In this document: one piece after another, positions 1-9,427 of the stretch
Layout of the letters: every line of letters starts with the position of its first letter
Numbering within the stretch: position 1 is the stretch's first letter
From: Phyllobacteriaceae bacterium
GTDB taxonomy: Bacteria > Pseudomonadota > Alphaproteobacteria > Rhizobiales > Rhizobiaceae
Length of the DNA: 43,013 bases
NCBI GenBank assembly: GCA_024645155.1
Contig: JAHEGF010000002.1
Location: 1 to 43,013 of the forward strand
Reading direction: 5' to 3'
Position numbers and translations under genes: made by a program
Notes under the pieces: generated by a model
Database searches by the model: none
Told to the model about the DNA's origin: nothing
The model's input: only the letters and a program-made list of their open reading frames with translations

Positions 1-1647
1 GCCCTTGCCGGCAACCGGATAACTGTACCCGGAATCCGGGCGCACCTGTCTGCCACCGATATAGAGCTTGACGGTGCGGTCGATGCCGCCTTCGCCACGG
101 CTGGAGGCGGGGGCCGGGACCGGCGCCGGTAATTTGCCGGGCGGCGGCAGGGCCTTTGCCCTTTTCTGCCAGCCTGGCAGGAGGTATTCAAACATGCCCT
201 CGCGACCGCCCTCGCGGCCAAAACCGCTTTCCTTGTAGCCGCCAAACCCCGCCGATGCATCAAACAGATTGGTGGCATTGATCCAGACGACCCCGGATTT
301 TACCCGACGTGCCATGTCGAACGCCTCGTCAAGATCCTGCGACCAGATCGATGCGGCAAGTCCGTATCGGCTGTTATTGGCCAGTTCGATGGCTTCACCG
401 GGGGTGCGGAATGTCATCGATGCCAGTACCGGGCCGAACACTTCCTCCTGTGCCAGGCTGGATCCGGGCGAAACATTGGTGAAAAGCGTTGGCGGAAAGA
501 AGCAGCCCTTGTCGCTGGTGACGAGACCGGCCGCCCAGCTTGGTTGCCAGGCGGTTGCACCTTCCTTGATGCCGGCATTGACCTTTTCGGTAATGGATTT
601 GAGTTGCACGGGTGCGACGACGGCGCCCATGTCCATTGCCTTGTCGAGCGGATCCCCGACGCGCAGTTTTTCCATGCGTGCACGCAGCTTGTCATAGAAT
701 TGCGGAGCAATGCCCTCCTGCACCAGGGCCCGCGACCCGGCGCAGCAGACTTCTCCCTGGTTGAACCAGATCGCGTCGACAACGCCTTCGACCGCGGCAT
801 CGATGTCGGCATTGTCGAGGACGATGAACGGTGATTTACCGCCAAGTTCCAGCGACAGTTTCTTGCCAGATCCGGCGGTCTGGCGGCGCAAAATGCGACC
901 GACATTGGTCGATCCCGTAAATGCCAGTTTGGCGACCTTGTCGTGGCCTGCAATGGCGGCGCCTGTCGAGCCATCGCCATTGACGAGATTGAAAACGCCG
1001 GCCGGCAGCCCGGCTTCGGCGCAGATTTCGGCAAAGGCGATGGCCGTCAGCGGCGTGTGGTCGGCTGATTTCAGGACAACGGTGCATCCGGCTGCAAGTG
1101 CCGGCGCCACCTTCCAGGCAAGCATCAAAAGCGGGAAATTCCACGGGATTACCTGACCGCAAACGCCGGCAGGCTCGTACCCCGGGAATTCACTATCACG
1201 CAATTCGGCCCAGCCTGCGTGATAGTAAAAATGCCGGGCGACGAGCGGTACGTCGATATCGCGGGTCTCGCGAATGGTCTTGCCGTTGTCGAGTGTTTCC
1301 AGCACGGCGAGGAAACGCGAATGTTTCTGGATGTGGCGGGCAAGGGCGTAAAGATGCCGGGCGCGCTGGTTGCAGGAAAGCGCCTGCCATTTCTTCAGTG
1401 CCTTGGCGGCTGCGTCCACTGCACGGTCGACGTCCTTGGAACTGCCAAGCGCGACGTCGGCAAGTTTCCCGCCATCTGCCGGGTTGGTCACGGTAAAACT
1501 CTTGCCGCTTTCAGGCTTTGTGAACGCACCTCCGATGAAATGGCCGAATTTGGCCTTGTGGCCGGCAAGCCAGGTCCGGACATCCCTGGCGCCTTCGGGG
1601 GCAGGACCGTAGTCCATGGTTTGCAATATATCGCGAACTTCGTTCAT
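1..1647 (-). CDS. Aldehyde dehydrogenase: a complete N-terminal ALDH domain plus the start of a second ALDH-like domain. The 3' end lies beyond the left edge of the window.
   Basis: Absent from the ORF track because the frame is open at the window edge. My own minus-strand translation from the ATG at 1647-1645 gives MNEVRDILQTMDYGPAPEG... with ALDH motifs VIPWNFPLLM, ELGGKSP, QGEVCCAGSR and EEVFGPV. A GAGGAG Shine-Dalgarno sits 6 nt upstream. The start is 10 nt after the deoC stop. The frame is still open at base 1 (549 codons). Confidence 0.85.
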   Translation of the reverse strand, partial: MNEVRDILQTMDYGPAPEGARDVRTWLAGHKAKFGHFIGGAFTKPESGKSFTVTNPADGGKLADVALGSSKDVDRAVDAAAKALKKWQALSCNQRARHLYALARHIQKHSRFLAVLETLDNGKTIRETRDIDVPLVARHFYYHAGWAELRDSEFPGYEPAGVCGQVIPWNFPLLMLAWKVAPALAAGCTVVLKSADHTPLTAIAFAEICAEAGLPAGVFNLVNGDGSTGAAIAGHDKVAKLAFTGSTNVGRILRRQTAGSGKKLSLELGGKSPFIVLDNADIDAAVEGVVDAIWFNQGEVCCAGSRALVQEGIAPQFYDKLRARMEKLRVGDPLDKAMDMGAVVAPVQLKSITEKVNAGIKEGATAWQPSWAAGLVTSDKGCFFPPTLFTNVSPGSSLAQEEVFGPVLASMTFRTPGEAIELANNSRYGLAASIWSQDLDEAFDMARRVKSGVVWINATNLFDASAGFGGYKESGFGREGGREGMFEYLLPGWQKRAKALPPPGKLPAPVPAPASSRGEGGIDRTVKLYIGGRQVRPDSGYSYPVAGKG

Positions 1648-1657
1648 GGCGTGCTCC

Positions 1658-2677
1658 TCAGGCAATGCCGTGGCGATCGGCTGACGAATACCGGCCGGTC
1701 ACATGATGTTCGAGCTGGCGCTCGATGTCGCCAAGCAGCGACGATGCGCCGAACCGGAACAGGTCGGGTTTCAGCCATTCGCCGCCGAGCTCCTCCTTCA
1801 TCAGGATCAGCCAGGCCAGCGCATCCTTGGACGTGCGAATGCCGCCGGCAGGTTTGAAACCGCAGATGTAACCGCTGTGGGACTGATAGTCGCGCACCGC
1901 GCGCACCATGGTCAGGCTGACCGGAAGGGTGGCATTGACCGCTTCCAGTCCGGTAGATGTCTTGATGAAGTCGGCACCGGCCATCATTGCCACCATGGAT
2001 GCCTTGTAAACATTGGTCAGGGTTTTCAACTCGCCGGTCGATAGGATCGCCTTCATGTGGGCATGACCGCAGGTCTCGCGCATCTTGCGCACCTCGGCAT
2101 AGAGTGCCGGCCAGTTGCCCGTCAGCACATGGGCGCGGGTGATGACGATGTCGATCTCGTTTGCGCCTTCTCCGACAGCGTAGGATATCTCTGCCAGTCG
2201 CTGAGCAAAGGGTGTGAGCCCGGCGGGGAATCCGGTTGCTACAGACGCGACGGGTATGCCTGACCCGTCCAATGCCTTGACGGCGGTTGCCACCATTGTC
2301 GGGTAGACACATACCGCGCCGGTCTTCAGGTCATAGTTTTGCAGGCCGACAGCTGCCAGCAGATCCGCCCGCAACGGATTGCGGGCCTTGGCACAAAGGC
2401 GCACGACACGACCGGGTGTATCGTCACCAACCAATGTCGTCAGGTCCATGCATTCGATCGCGCGGATCAGCCATGCCGCCTGCCAGGCCTTTTTGACAGT
2501 CCGCCTTGTAGTCAGGGTCGATGCGCGGCGTTCTGCCGCTGACAGGTTGACGGAGATGTGATCAAACCATTCCGGGGTCAGGCTGGTGCCCTCATTACGC
2601 GGCCTCTGGCTGTGCAGGGCGACAAGCTCCATCCCTTTGGCAACACTGACTTTCGCGGTCCTTGTCTTTGCGTTCAT
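1658..2677 (-). CDS. deoC: Deoxyribose-phosphate aldolase (long DERA type)
   Basis: 339-aa ORF with a class I aldolase Schiff-base lysine context (GADFIKTSTG) and the FPAG motif. Its start overlaps the PNP stop by 4 nt. Confidence 0.9.
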   Translation of the reverse strand: MNAKTRTAKVSVAKGMELVALHSQRPRNEGTSLTPEWFDHISVNLSAAERRASTLTTRRTVKKAWQAAWLIRAIECMDLTTLVGDDTPGRVVRLCAKARNPLRADLLAAVGLQNYDLKTGAVCVYPTMVATAVKALDGSGIPVASVATGFPAGLTPFAQRLAEISYAVGEGANEIDIVITRAHVLTGNWPALYAEVRKMRETCGHAHMKAILSTGELKTLTNVYKASMVAMMAGADFIKTSTGLEAVNATLPVSLTMVRAVRDYQSHSGYICGFKPAGGIRTSKDALAWLILMKEELGGEWLKPDLFRFGASSLLGDIERQLEHHVTGRYSSADRHGIA

Positions 2678-3471
2678 GCCAGGTCTCCGATGGCGCGCTT
2701 CAGGATACGGGCAAGCTTGGCACCGCCCATTGGCGCCATTTCCTTGGTTTCTCCGTGGCTTAGCTCGGCGCCGGTCATGCCGGCCGCAAAATTGGTGATG
2801 ACCGAACAGGCGGCGACCCGCATGCCAAAAAAGCGCGCCAGTATGACCTCAGGTACCGTCGACATGCCGACGGCATCGGCGCCCATTGTCCGGGCCATGC
2901 GGATTTCGGCAGGGGTTTCGAATGACGGACCGGAAAACCACATGTAGACCCCGCCCTTCAGGGCAATCCTCTCCGCCTTCGCCGCCTTGGTCAGCGCAGC
3001 CGACATTGATCGGTCATAGGCTTCGGTCAGTCCGACAAAACGGGCATCGCTGGGTTCGCCGAACAGCGGATTGGTGCCGGAAAAGTTTATGTGATCCGTT
3101 ATCAGCATCACCGATCCGGGCGGAATGGTCTTGCGTAGTGAACCGGCGGAGTTGGTCAATATCAGCGACGTGACGCCGAGGCCGGTCAGCGTTTCCAGGA
3201 TTGGCCGCATGGCGGCAGGATGACCCTGTTCGTAGTAATGAATGCGTCCTGACAGGATGATCACCTGGCGGCCGCCAAGGTTCCCGGCGACTACATCGCC
3301 GCTGTGGCCGGTAACACCGCTTTCGGGGAATTCGGGCAATTGCGAATAGGGCACACGCACTGCATTTTCCAGTTCGTCAACCAACCCGCCAAGGCCGGAG
3401 CCAAGCACGATTGCGAGTTTGGGAACCCGCCCCTCCAGGCGTTCGGCGAGAATGTCGACAGAGCGCGTCAC
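2674..3471 (-). CDS. Purine nucleoside phosphorylase (trimeric PNP/PunA type)
   Basis: 265-aa ORF with LGSGLGGLVD, GHSGDVVAG..GR..I.LSGR.HYYEG-like and MSTVPEV motifs typical of PNP family 2. It has 4-nt overlaps with both cdd and deoC. Confidence 0.9.
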   Translation of the reverse strand: MTRSVDILAERLEGRVPKLAIVLGSGLGGLVDELENAVRVPYSQLPEFPESGVTGHSGDVVAGNLGGRQVIILSGRIHYYEQGHPAAMRPILETLTGLGVTSLILTNSAGSLRKTIPPGSVMLITDHINFSGTNPLFGEPSDARFVGLTEAYDRSMSAALTKAAKAERIALKGGVYMWFSGPSFETPAEIRMARTMGADAVGMSTVPEVILARFFGMRVAACSVITNFAAGMTGAELSHGETKEMAPMGGAKLARILKRAIGDLA

Positions 3472-3860
3472 TTCAATACCTCCGCTTCAAATCCACGTGG
3501 AAACAGGTCGGCCAGCGTGGTCGTCTCGACAATACCGCCAGTGTCGCACAGATGCAGCCGCGTATCCGGCCCGGCAAATTCAGCAAGGCGCTGGCGGCAG
3601 CCGCCACAGGGTGTCACCGCCGCCTTCTTTTCCGCAATGACTGCGATTTCGGTAATGTGCCCGCCGCCACCCATGACAAATTGCGACAGTGCCGTGGTCT
3701 CTGCGCACCACCCTTCCGGATAAGAAATCACCTCGATATTGCAGCCGGCATATATCCGTCCGTCATCGGTACGCAGCGCGGCACCGACCGGGAATTGCGA
3801 ATAGGGCGAATGCGATTTCGCCATCGCCGCCCGTGCCGCTTCAAACAGGTCGCGTGCCAT
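3468..3860 (-). CDS. cdd: Cytidine deaminase
   Basis: 130-aa ORF with the zinc-ligand motifs CAE (..GWCAETTAL..) and PCGGCRQ. Confidence 0.9.
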   Translation of the reverse strand: MARDLFEAARAAMAKSHSPYSQFPVGAALRTDDGRIYAGCNIEVISYPEGWCAETTALSQFVMGGGGHITEIAVIAEKKAAVTPCGGCRQRLAEFAGPDTRLHLCDTGGIVETTTLADLFPRGFEAEVLK

Positions 3861-3863
3861 TGC

Positions 3864-4841
3864 TCAGCGTTCCTTGACATAGGGTACGCCGCCGGCTTTC
3901 GGAGGGATTGCCTTGCCGATGAAGCCGGCGAGCAGAATGACCGTCAGCACGTAGGGCAGCGCCTGGAAAACCTGAACGGGAACATGGCCGACAAACGGGA
4001 TTTCCTTGCCCTGAAGAACGATAGCCACGGCGTCGAGATAGCCGAACAGCAGGCAGGCAAACATGGCATTGAGCGGCCGCCACTTGGCGAAGATCAATGC
4101 AGCCAGCGCGATAAAGCCGCGGCCCGCGCTCATGTCTTTGACGAAGCCTGCATTTTGCGCCATCGACAGATAGGCCCCGGCAACTCCGCACAATGCCCCA
4201 CAGATGATAACCGCACGATAGCGCAGCCAGATCACCGAGATACCGGCGGTATCGACGGCGGCGGGGTTCTCACCAACCGCACGCAGGCGCAGTCCGAAGC
4301 GGGTGCGAAACAGGATCCACCATGTTATCGGCACCATGGCAAAGGCGAAATAGACCAGAATGGAATGTCCGGAGATCAGTCCCGAATAGATCGGGCCGAT
4401 AAATGGCACGTCGCTTATCGCGGTTGCAAAGGGCAGATCGATGGCATTGAACCGGGCCTCGTTTGGCAATGATGGTGTGCGCCCGCCCTGGCGGAACCAG
4501 GCCTGTCCGAGAATGACGCCGGAACCGGCAGCAATGAAATTGATGGCGACGCCGGAAACGATCTGATTGCCGCGATGGGTAATCGATGCAAAGCCGTGCA
4601 CGAGCGCCAGGAATACGGATGCCGCTATGGCCGCGAGCAGGCCAATCCAGGCCGAACCGCTGACATAACCCGCCGATGCCCCGGCGAATGCGCCGGCCAG
4701 CATTTTCCCTTCAAGGCCGATATCGAATACGCCGGATCGCTCTGAATAGAGTCCGGCCAGGCAGGCGAGTAGCAGGGGAGCTGAAACCCGTAGCATGGAA
4801 TCGAAAACGTTAAGTCCGAATATGAGGCCGAAGAACTCCAT
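3864..4841 (-). CDS. ABC transporter permease (Bmp/nucleoside-type uptake system)
   Basis: Polytopic hydrophobic ORF. The ATG at 4841 lies 1 nt after the stop of the upstream permease (the longer ORF reaches 4865). It is followed by cdd after a 3-nt gap. Confidence 0.8.
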   Translation of the reverse strand: MEFFGLIFGLNVFDSMLRVSAPLLLACLAGLYSERSGVFDIGLEGKMLAGAFAGASAGYVSGSAWIGLLAAIAASVFLALVHGFASITHRGNQIVSGVAINFIAAGSGVILGQAWFRQGGRTPSLPNEARFNAIDLPFATAISDVPFIGPIYSGLISGHSILVYFAFAMVPITWWILFRTRFGLRLRAVGENPAAVDTAGISVIWLRYRAVIICGALCGVAGAYLSMAQNAGFVKDMSAGRGFIALAALIFAKWRPLNAMFACLLFGYLDAVAIVLQGKEIPFVGHVPVQVFQALPYVLTVILLAGFIGKAIPPKAGGVPYVKER

Positions 4842-4842
4842 G

Positions 4843-5982
4843 TCAGTTGTCCCCCGCAACAGCACCGTCGACCGTCATTGATGACGGCTTCATGCTGGCA
4901 AACAGTGTTGAAACAGTGGGTCGCAACATGTGCTCCAGAGCACCGGCAAACAGGATCACCAGCCCCTGGATGATGACGATCATGTCGCGCGAAATGTTCG
5001 GCATTTCAAATGAAATTTCCGCACCGCCCTGATAGAGCATGCCGAACAGGATGGCGGCAGGAATGATGCCCGCGGGGTGCGAGCGGCCCATCAGCGCCAC
5101 GGCGATGCCAACAAATCCGGCACCGGTGACGAAATCGAGTTGCAGGCGGTGCTGGTCGCCCATGATCGGGTTGAGCGCCATCATGCCGGCAAGCGCTCCG
5201 GAGATCATCATGGTGATGACGATGATTTTCGCTTCGTTGATGCCGGCATATCGCGCCGCCTTGGGACTGAAGCCGAGTGTGCGGATCTCATAGCCGAGCT
5301 TGGTGCGCCAGACCAGCGCCCACACGACTGCCGAAGCCACGAGTGCCAGTAGGAAGGTAACATTGAGTGGTGTTGACCGTATCGAAGCGCCGAACAGTTC
5401 GAGCAGCCAGTCGAGCTTGGGAAGGTGACCACCTTCGAGGAACGTACGTGTTTGAGGTGCCATGGAGCCCTTCGGCTTCAGCGCTCCGACAAGCAGGTAG
5501 ACCATGACACTTGATGCAATAAAGTTGAACATGATCGTGGTGATGACAATGTGACTGCCACGCCTGGCCTGCAAATAGGCAGGAATGAAGGCCCATGCAG
5601 CGCCGATTGCCGCCGATCCGAGGATAGCTACCAGAAAAACGACAGGCCACGGCAGGAAGCTGTCGAGCATTAGGCAGGGAACGGCAACACCCAATCCGGC
5701 GATATATGCCTGACCTTCGCCGCCAATATTGAACAGGCCGCAGTGAAAGGCGACAGCTACCGCCAGTCCGGTGAAAATAAAATTGGTCGCATAAAACAGC
5801 GTATAGCCGACACCTTCGCCGGAACCGAATGCGCCCTTGACCATTAGCGTCGCGGCGTGAAGCGGGCTTTCACCGACAAGCAGCACAACCATCCCGGCCA
5901 CGATGAAAGCGACAAGAAGATTGATGAAGGGGATCAGACCGAAATCGACCCAAGCCGGTAGTTTTGCATAGGGTGTTGCCAT
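4843..5982 (-). CDS. ABC transporter permease (Bmp/nucleoside-type uptake system)
   Basis: 379-aa polytopic ORF. Its ATG overlaps the ATPase TAA stop (TAATG at 5982-5984). Confidence 0.8.
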   Translation of the reverse strand: MATPYAKLPAWVDFGLIPFINLLVAFIVAGMVVLLVGESPLHAATLMVKGAFGSGEGVGYTLFYATNFIFTGLAVAVAFHCGLFNIGGEGQAYIAGLGVAVPCLMLDSFLPWPVVFLVAILGSAAIGAAWAFIPAYLQARRGSHIVITTIMFNFIASSVMVYLLVGALKPKGSMAPQTRTFLEGGHLPKLDWLLELFGASIRSTPLNVTFLLALVASAVVWALVWRTKLGYEIRTLGFSPKAARYAGINEAKIIVITMMISGALAGMMALNPIMGDQHRLQLDFVTGAGFVGIAVALMGRSHPAGIIPAAILFGMLYQGGAEISFEMPNISRDMIVIIQGLVILFAGALEHMLRPTVSTLFASMKPSSMTVDGAVAGDN

Positions 5983-7514
5983 TATTCAGCAGCCTCCTGA
6001 CTTTCCACGCCTGCCATCAACAGGCCGAGTTCGCCCTCTGTTGCTTCCGGCGTACGTTCGCCGACCACGCGGCCGGCAAACATCACCAGAATCCGGTCGG
6101 AAAGCGAGCGGATTTCGTCAAGCTCGACAGATACCAGCAGGACCGCCTTGCCCTGATCACGCATTTCGATAATGCGTTTGTGGATGAATTCGATCGCACC
6201 GACATCGACACCGCGTGTCGGCTGGGCGACGACGAGGACTGAAGGGTCGCGTTCCATCTCGCGTGCCAGCACGATCTTCTGCTGGTTGCCTCCTGAGAAG
6301 TTGGCAGTTTTCAGGCGGCAATTGTCAGGCCGGATATCGTATTTGCCAATCTTGACGCGGGCATCGTCACGGATCGCATCCATGTCTAGAAACGGCCCGG
6401 ATATATAACGCTTGTCATCGTGATACCCGAGAATGGAATTCTCGTATTCCTCGAACGGCAGGACGAGACCCATATGATGGCGGTCCTCGGGAACGTGGGC
6501 CATACCGCGCCCGCGCAGTTCGTTAGGGTCGGCCGAACCGGTGACGCCGATTGGCTGGCCGTCAAGCAGGGCAGTGCCGGACAGGGCTTTGCGTATTCCG
6601 GTAATCGCCTCGATCAACTGGGACTGGCCGTTGCCCGCGACGCCGGCGATGCCGACAATCTCTCCGGCGCGCACGTTGAACGAGACATCATCGACCATGG
6701 TGACGCCGCGTGAATCGCGAACCGTCAGTCCTTCGACCGAAAGCATGACATCACCTGGATTGGCCTCGCCCTTCTCGACACGCAGCAGGACGCGGCGGCC
6801 AACCATCAGTTCGGCCAGTTCCTCGACTGTGGTTTCTGCGGTCTTGCGAGTGGCGACCATGGTGCCCTGGCGCATGACGGAGACATTGTCGGTCACCGCC
6901 ATGATTTCACGCAGCTTGTGGGTAATCAGGACGATGGTTTTGCCCTGTTCCTTCAACTGGCGAAGAATTCTGAACAGGTGGTTGGCTTCCGCAGGTGTCA
7001 GCACGCCGGTCGGTTCGTCAAGGATCAAGATTTCGGCGCCGCGATAAAGTGCCTTGAGAATTTCCACGCGCTGCTGCAGGCCGACTGGCAATTCCTCTAT
7101 GACTGCGTCGGGATCGACTTCGAGACCGTATTCCTTCTCCAGGCGGTCGAGTTCGGCGCGGGCATCGGAGATGCCGCCGGCAAGAAGCGCAGCATTCTCG
7201 GCGCCAAGCATGACATTTTCCAGCACAGTAAAATTTTCTACCAGCATGAAGTGCTGATGAACCATGCCGATGCCGAAAGCGATGGCGTCGTTGGGCGTGT
7301 GGATGGTTACTGTCTTGCCATCGATACGGATTTCACCGCTGTCGGCCTGGTAGAAGCCGTATAGGATCGACATCAGCGTTGACTTGCCCGCGCCGTTTTC
7401 GCCGATGATGCCGTGAATCGTTCCGCGCGGTACCTCCAAATGGATGTCACGGTTTGCATGGACGGCGCCGAAGCTCTTGTTGATGCCGATGAGTTCGATG
7501 GCCGTTTCAGACAT
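5982..7514 (-). CDS. ABC transporter ATP-binding protein with duplicated ATPase domains
   Basis: Walker A GENGAGKST, signature FSGGNQQK and Walker B ILILDEPT, plus a second degenerate half. The ATG at 7514 is preceded by a GGGAGGG RBS. The ORF-track start is at 7532. Confidence 0.85.
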   Translation of the reverse strand: MSETAIELIGINKSFGAVHANRDIHLEVPRGTIHGIIGENGAGKSTLMSILYGFYQADSGEIRIDGKTVTIHTPNDAIAFGIGMVHQHFMLVENFTVLENVMLGAENAALLAGGISDARAELDRLEKEYGLEVDPDAVIEELPVGLQQRVEILKALYRGAEILILDEPTGVLTPAEANHLFRILRQLKEQGKTIVLITHKLREIMAVTDNVSVMRQGTMVATRKTAETTVEELAELMVGRRVLLRVEKGEANPGDVMLSVEGLTVRDSRGVTMVDDVSFNVRAGEIVGIAGVAGNGQSQLIEAITGIRKALSGTALLDGQPIGVTGSADPNELRGRGMAHVPEDRHHMGLVLPFEEYENSILGYHDDKRYISGPFLDMDAIRDDARVKIGKYDIRPDNCRLKTANFSGGNQQKIVLAREMERDPSVLVVAQPTRGVDVGAIEFIHKRIIEMRDQGKAVLLVSVELDEIRSLSDRILVMFAGRVVGERTPEATEGELGLLMAGVESQEAAE

Positions 7515-7535
7515 GCCCCCGGACCCTCCCATTTG

Positions 7536-7563
7536 ATTTTTATCGTTTGGTCAAATTTTTATC
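7536..7563. repeat. Direct repeat ATTTTTATC x2 (7536-7544 and 7555-7563, 19-bp period) in the divergent promoter region
   Basis: Read directly from the sequence. It lies 22-49 nt upstream of the ATPase start on the minus strand and about 85 nt upstream of the Fe-ADH start. Confidence 0.35.
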
Positions 7564-7645
7564 ATGGCGTGGCGCGATCGCCAATAGCGGACAGGAACCA
7601 TTTACACTCTCGACAAATCAGGCCCCGCTTGTCAATTTCGCAATC

Positions 7646-8833
7646 ATGAATAGTGCACAATTGACGTCTTTCATCTTCAATACAACCGCGCGCATCATCT
7701 TTGCCGAAGGTGCGGCCGCCAATCTCGGCGACAGCGCAGCCAAACTGCTGGGGCCGCGTGTGCTGCTGGTGACCGATCCGGGCATTCGTGCTCTCGGCCT
7801 GGCTGACGCCGCCATTGCCTCCCTTGAAGCGGCAGATGTCCGGGTTACGGTGTTCGATGCGGTGGAGGCCGATCCGTCGCTAGCCACGCTGGGGCAGGCC
7901 GAAGAACGCGCGCGTGAAACGGGTTCCACAGGTATTTGCGGATTTGGCGGCGGCTCTTCGCTCGATATCGCCAAGCTGACGGCTCTGCTGGCGGGCTCCG
8001 GCGAGGATATCGATGAAGCGTGGGGTGTTGGCAACGCCAGGGGACCACGCCTGCCGCTGGTACTGGTGCCGACCACTGCCGGAACCGGTTCGGAAGTAAC
8101 GCCGGTATCGATCATCACCGTCGAGGGCGATGAAAAGCGCGGTGTCTCCTCGCCGGTCATCCTGCCCGATATCGCCGTGCTCGATCCCGCGCTAACGCTC
8201 GGCCTGCCCGCACACATAACCGCGGCAACCGGCATTGACGCCATGGTTCACGCGATCGAGGCTTATGCATCGAAATCGCCTAATAACAATCCGCTGTCGC
8301 GCATGATCGCGGTGGAAGCGTTGCGGCTGCTCGGCGCCCATATCGAAACGGCGGTATTCGACGGGGCAAACCGTGAAGCGCGAGCGGCGATGCTGCTTGG
8401 TTCGATGCTGGCCGGTCAAGCGTTTGCCAATTCGCCGGTTGCCGCCGTTCATGCACTTGCCTATCCCGTAGGCGGCATCTTCCATGTGCCGCACGGACTG
8501 TCGAATGCACTGGTGTTGCCGCATGTGTTGCGCTTTAACGCTGCCGAACGCGCCAACGGTTCCGAACAGCTTTACGCTGCACTTGCGCCGCATGCCTTTT
8601 CGGATCTTGGCGAAGAGGGCGGCACCCAGGCGACCTGCGCCGCCTTTATCGACCGCCTGGCAGCGCTTTCAGAAAAACTCGGTCTTGAAACCGGACTGCG
8701 CCAGGTCGGTGTTGGTGAAGACGATCTGGCGCGCATGGCTGCCGACGCGATGAAGCAGCAGCGCCTGCTGGTCAACAATCCGCGCGAAATGTCCGAGACC
8801 GACGCGCTTTCAATCTACAAGGCTGCCTGGTGA
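7646..8833 (+). CDS. Iron-containing (group III) alcohol dehydrogenase
   Basis: Contains the GGGSSLDIAKL motif and His-rich metal-site blocks (DAMVHAIEAY, HGLSNALVLPHV). The ATG at 7646 gives an N-terminus typical of the family. The ORF-track start is at 7547. Confidence 0.8.
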   Translation: MNSAQLTSFIFNTTARIIFAEGAAANLGDSAAKLLGPRVLLVTDPGIRALGLADAAIASLEAADVRVTVFDAVEADPSLATLGQAEERARETGSTGICGFGGGSSLDIAKLTALLAGSGEDIDEAWGVGNARGPRLPLVLVPTTAGTGSEVTPVSIITVEGDEKRGVSSPVILPDIAVLDPALTLGLPAHITAATGIDAMVHAIEAYASKSPNNNPLSRMIAVEALRLLGAHIETAVFDGANREARAAMLLGSMLAGQAFANSPVAAVHALAYPVGGIFHVPHGLSNALVLPHVLRFNAAERANGSEQLYAALAPHAFSDLGEEGGTQATCAAFIDRLAALSEKLGLETGLRQVGVGEDDLARMAADAMKQQRLLVNNPREMSETDALSIYKAAW

Positions 8834-8839
8834 AAGGCG

Positions 8840-9394
8840 CTAGGTGCGCCGAAATAGGTGAACGCCTTTGTTTCTTGCCAAATGAGAAAACATGCCGGAC
8901 CGGCCAATCGATCCGGGTACCCAGCCGTCGGCGGGGAACTGCCAAAGCGCCAAGATACCTTCGGATTTCAGCACCCGGTGCATTTCCGGCAACAATTTTT
9001 CCAGTGGCAGGGATGGAAATGGCAGGACGCCAAACAACAGCACACGATCAACGCTTTCGTTTGCAAGCCCGGTTTCCAATGCATCGCGGCAGACAACCTC
9101 GACGTTTTGCAGGCTTTCAACCTCAGCCTTTTCGCGCAACCGCTCGGCATAGGATGAAAGGGGTTCCATCGCGATCAGCTTTCCGCTGCTGCCGATCAAC
9201 CGGGCGGCGCTTGGTGTGAAGAACCCCGTGCCGCTGCCGACTTCGAGAACGGTTTGACCCGATCTGACATCGGCAGCCTTTACTATCCGGTCGGGATTGT
9301 GCAGGAGCCGGCGAAACCGGCTCTCCATCGCCCAACCGGCAGGCTTGAGCAGGAGGTTGAGTACCCTTGACCTGCCGAGGTTGGCCTCGTTCAT
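8840..9394 (-). CDS. Class I SAM-dependent methyltransferase
   Basis: Motif I VLEVGSGTGFFT. The ATG at 9394 is preceded by GGGGTGA. The ORF track extends to a TTG at 9424. Confidence 0.7.
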   Translation of the reverse strand: MNEANLGRSRVLNLLLKPAGWAMESRFRRLLHNPDRIVKAADVRSGQTVLEVGSGTGFFTPSAARLIGSSGKLIAMEPLSSYAERLREKAEVESLQNVEVVCRDALETGLANESVDRVLLFGVLPFPSLPLEKLLPEMHRVLKSEGILALWQFPADGWVPGSIGRSGMFSHLARNKGVHLFRRT

Positions 9395-9427
9395 GCAATC
9401 ACCCCGAATTTGCGCGGTGCACAAATC

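Noticed and set aside
3411-4472. 353-aa plus-strand ORF across cdd and the ABC permease
   Set aside because: It is antisense to two motif-supported genes, and its Arg/Gly/Cys-rich sequence is unlike a real protein.
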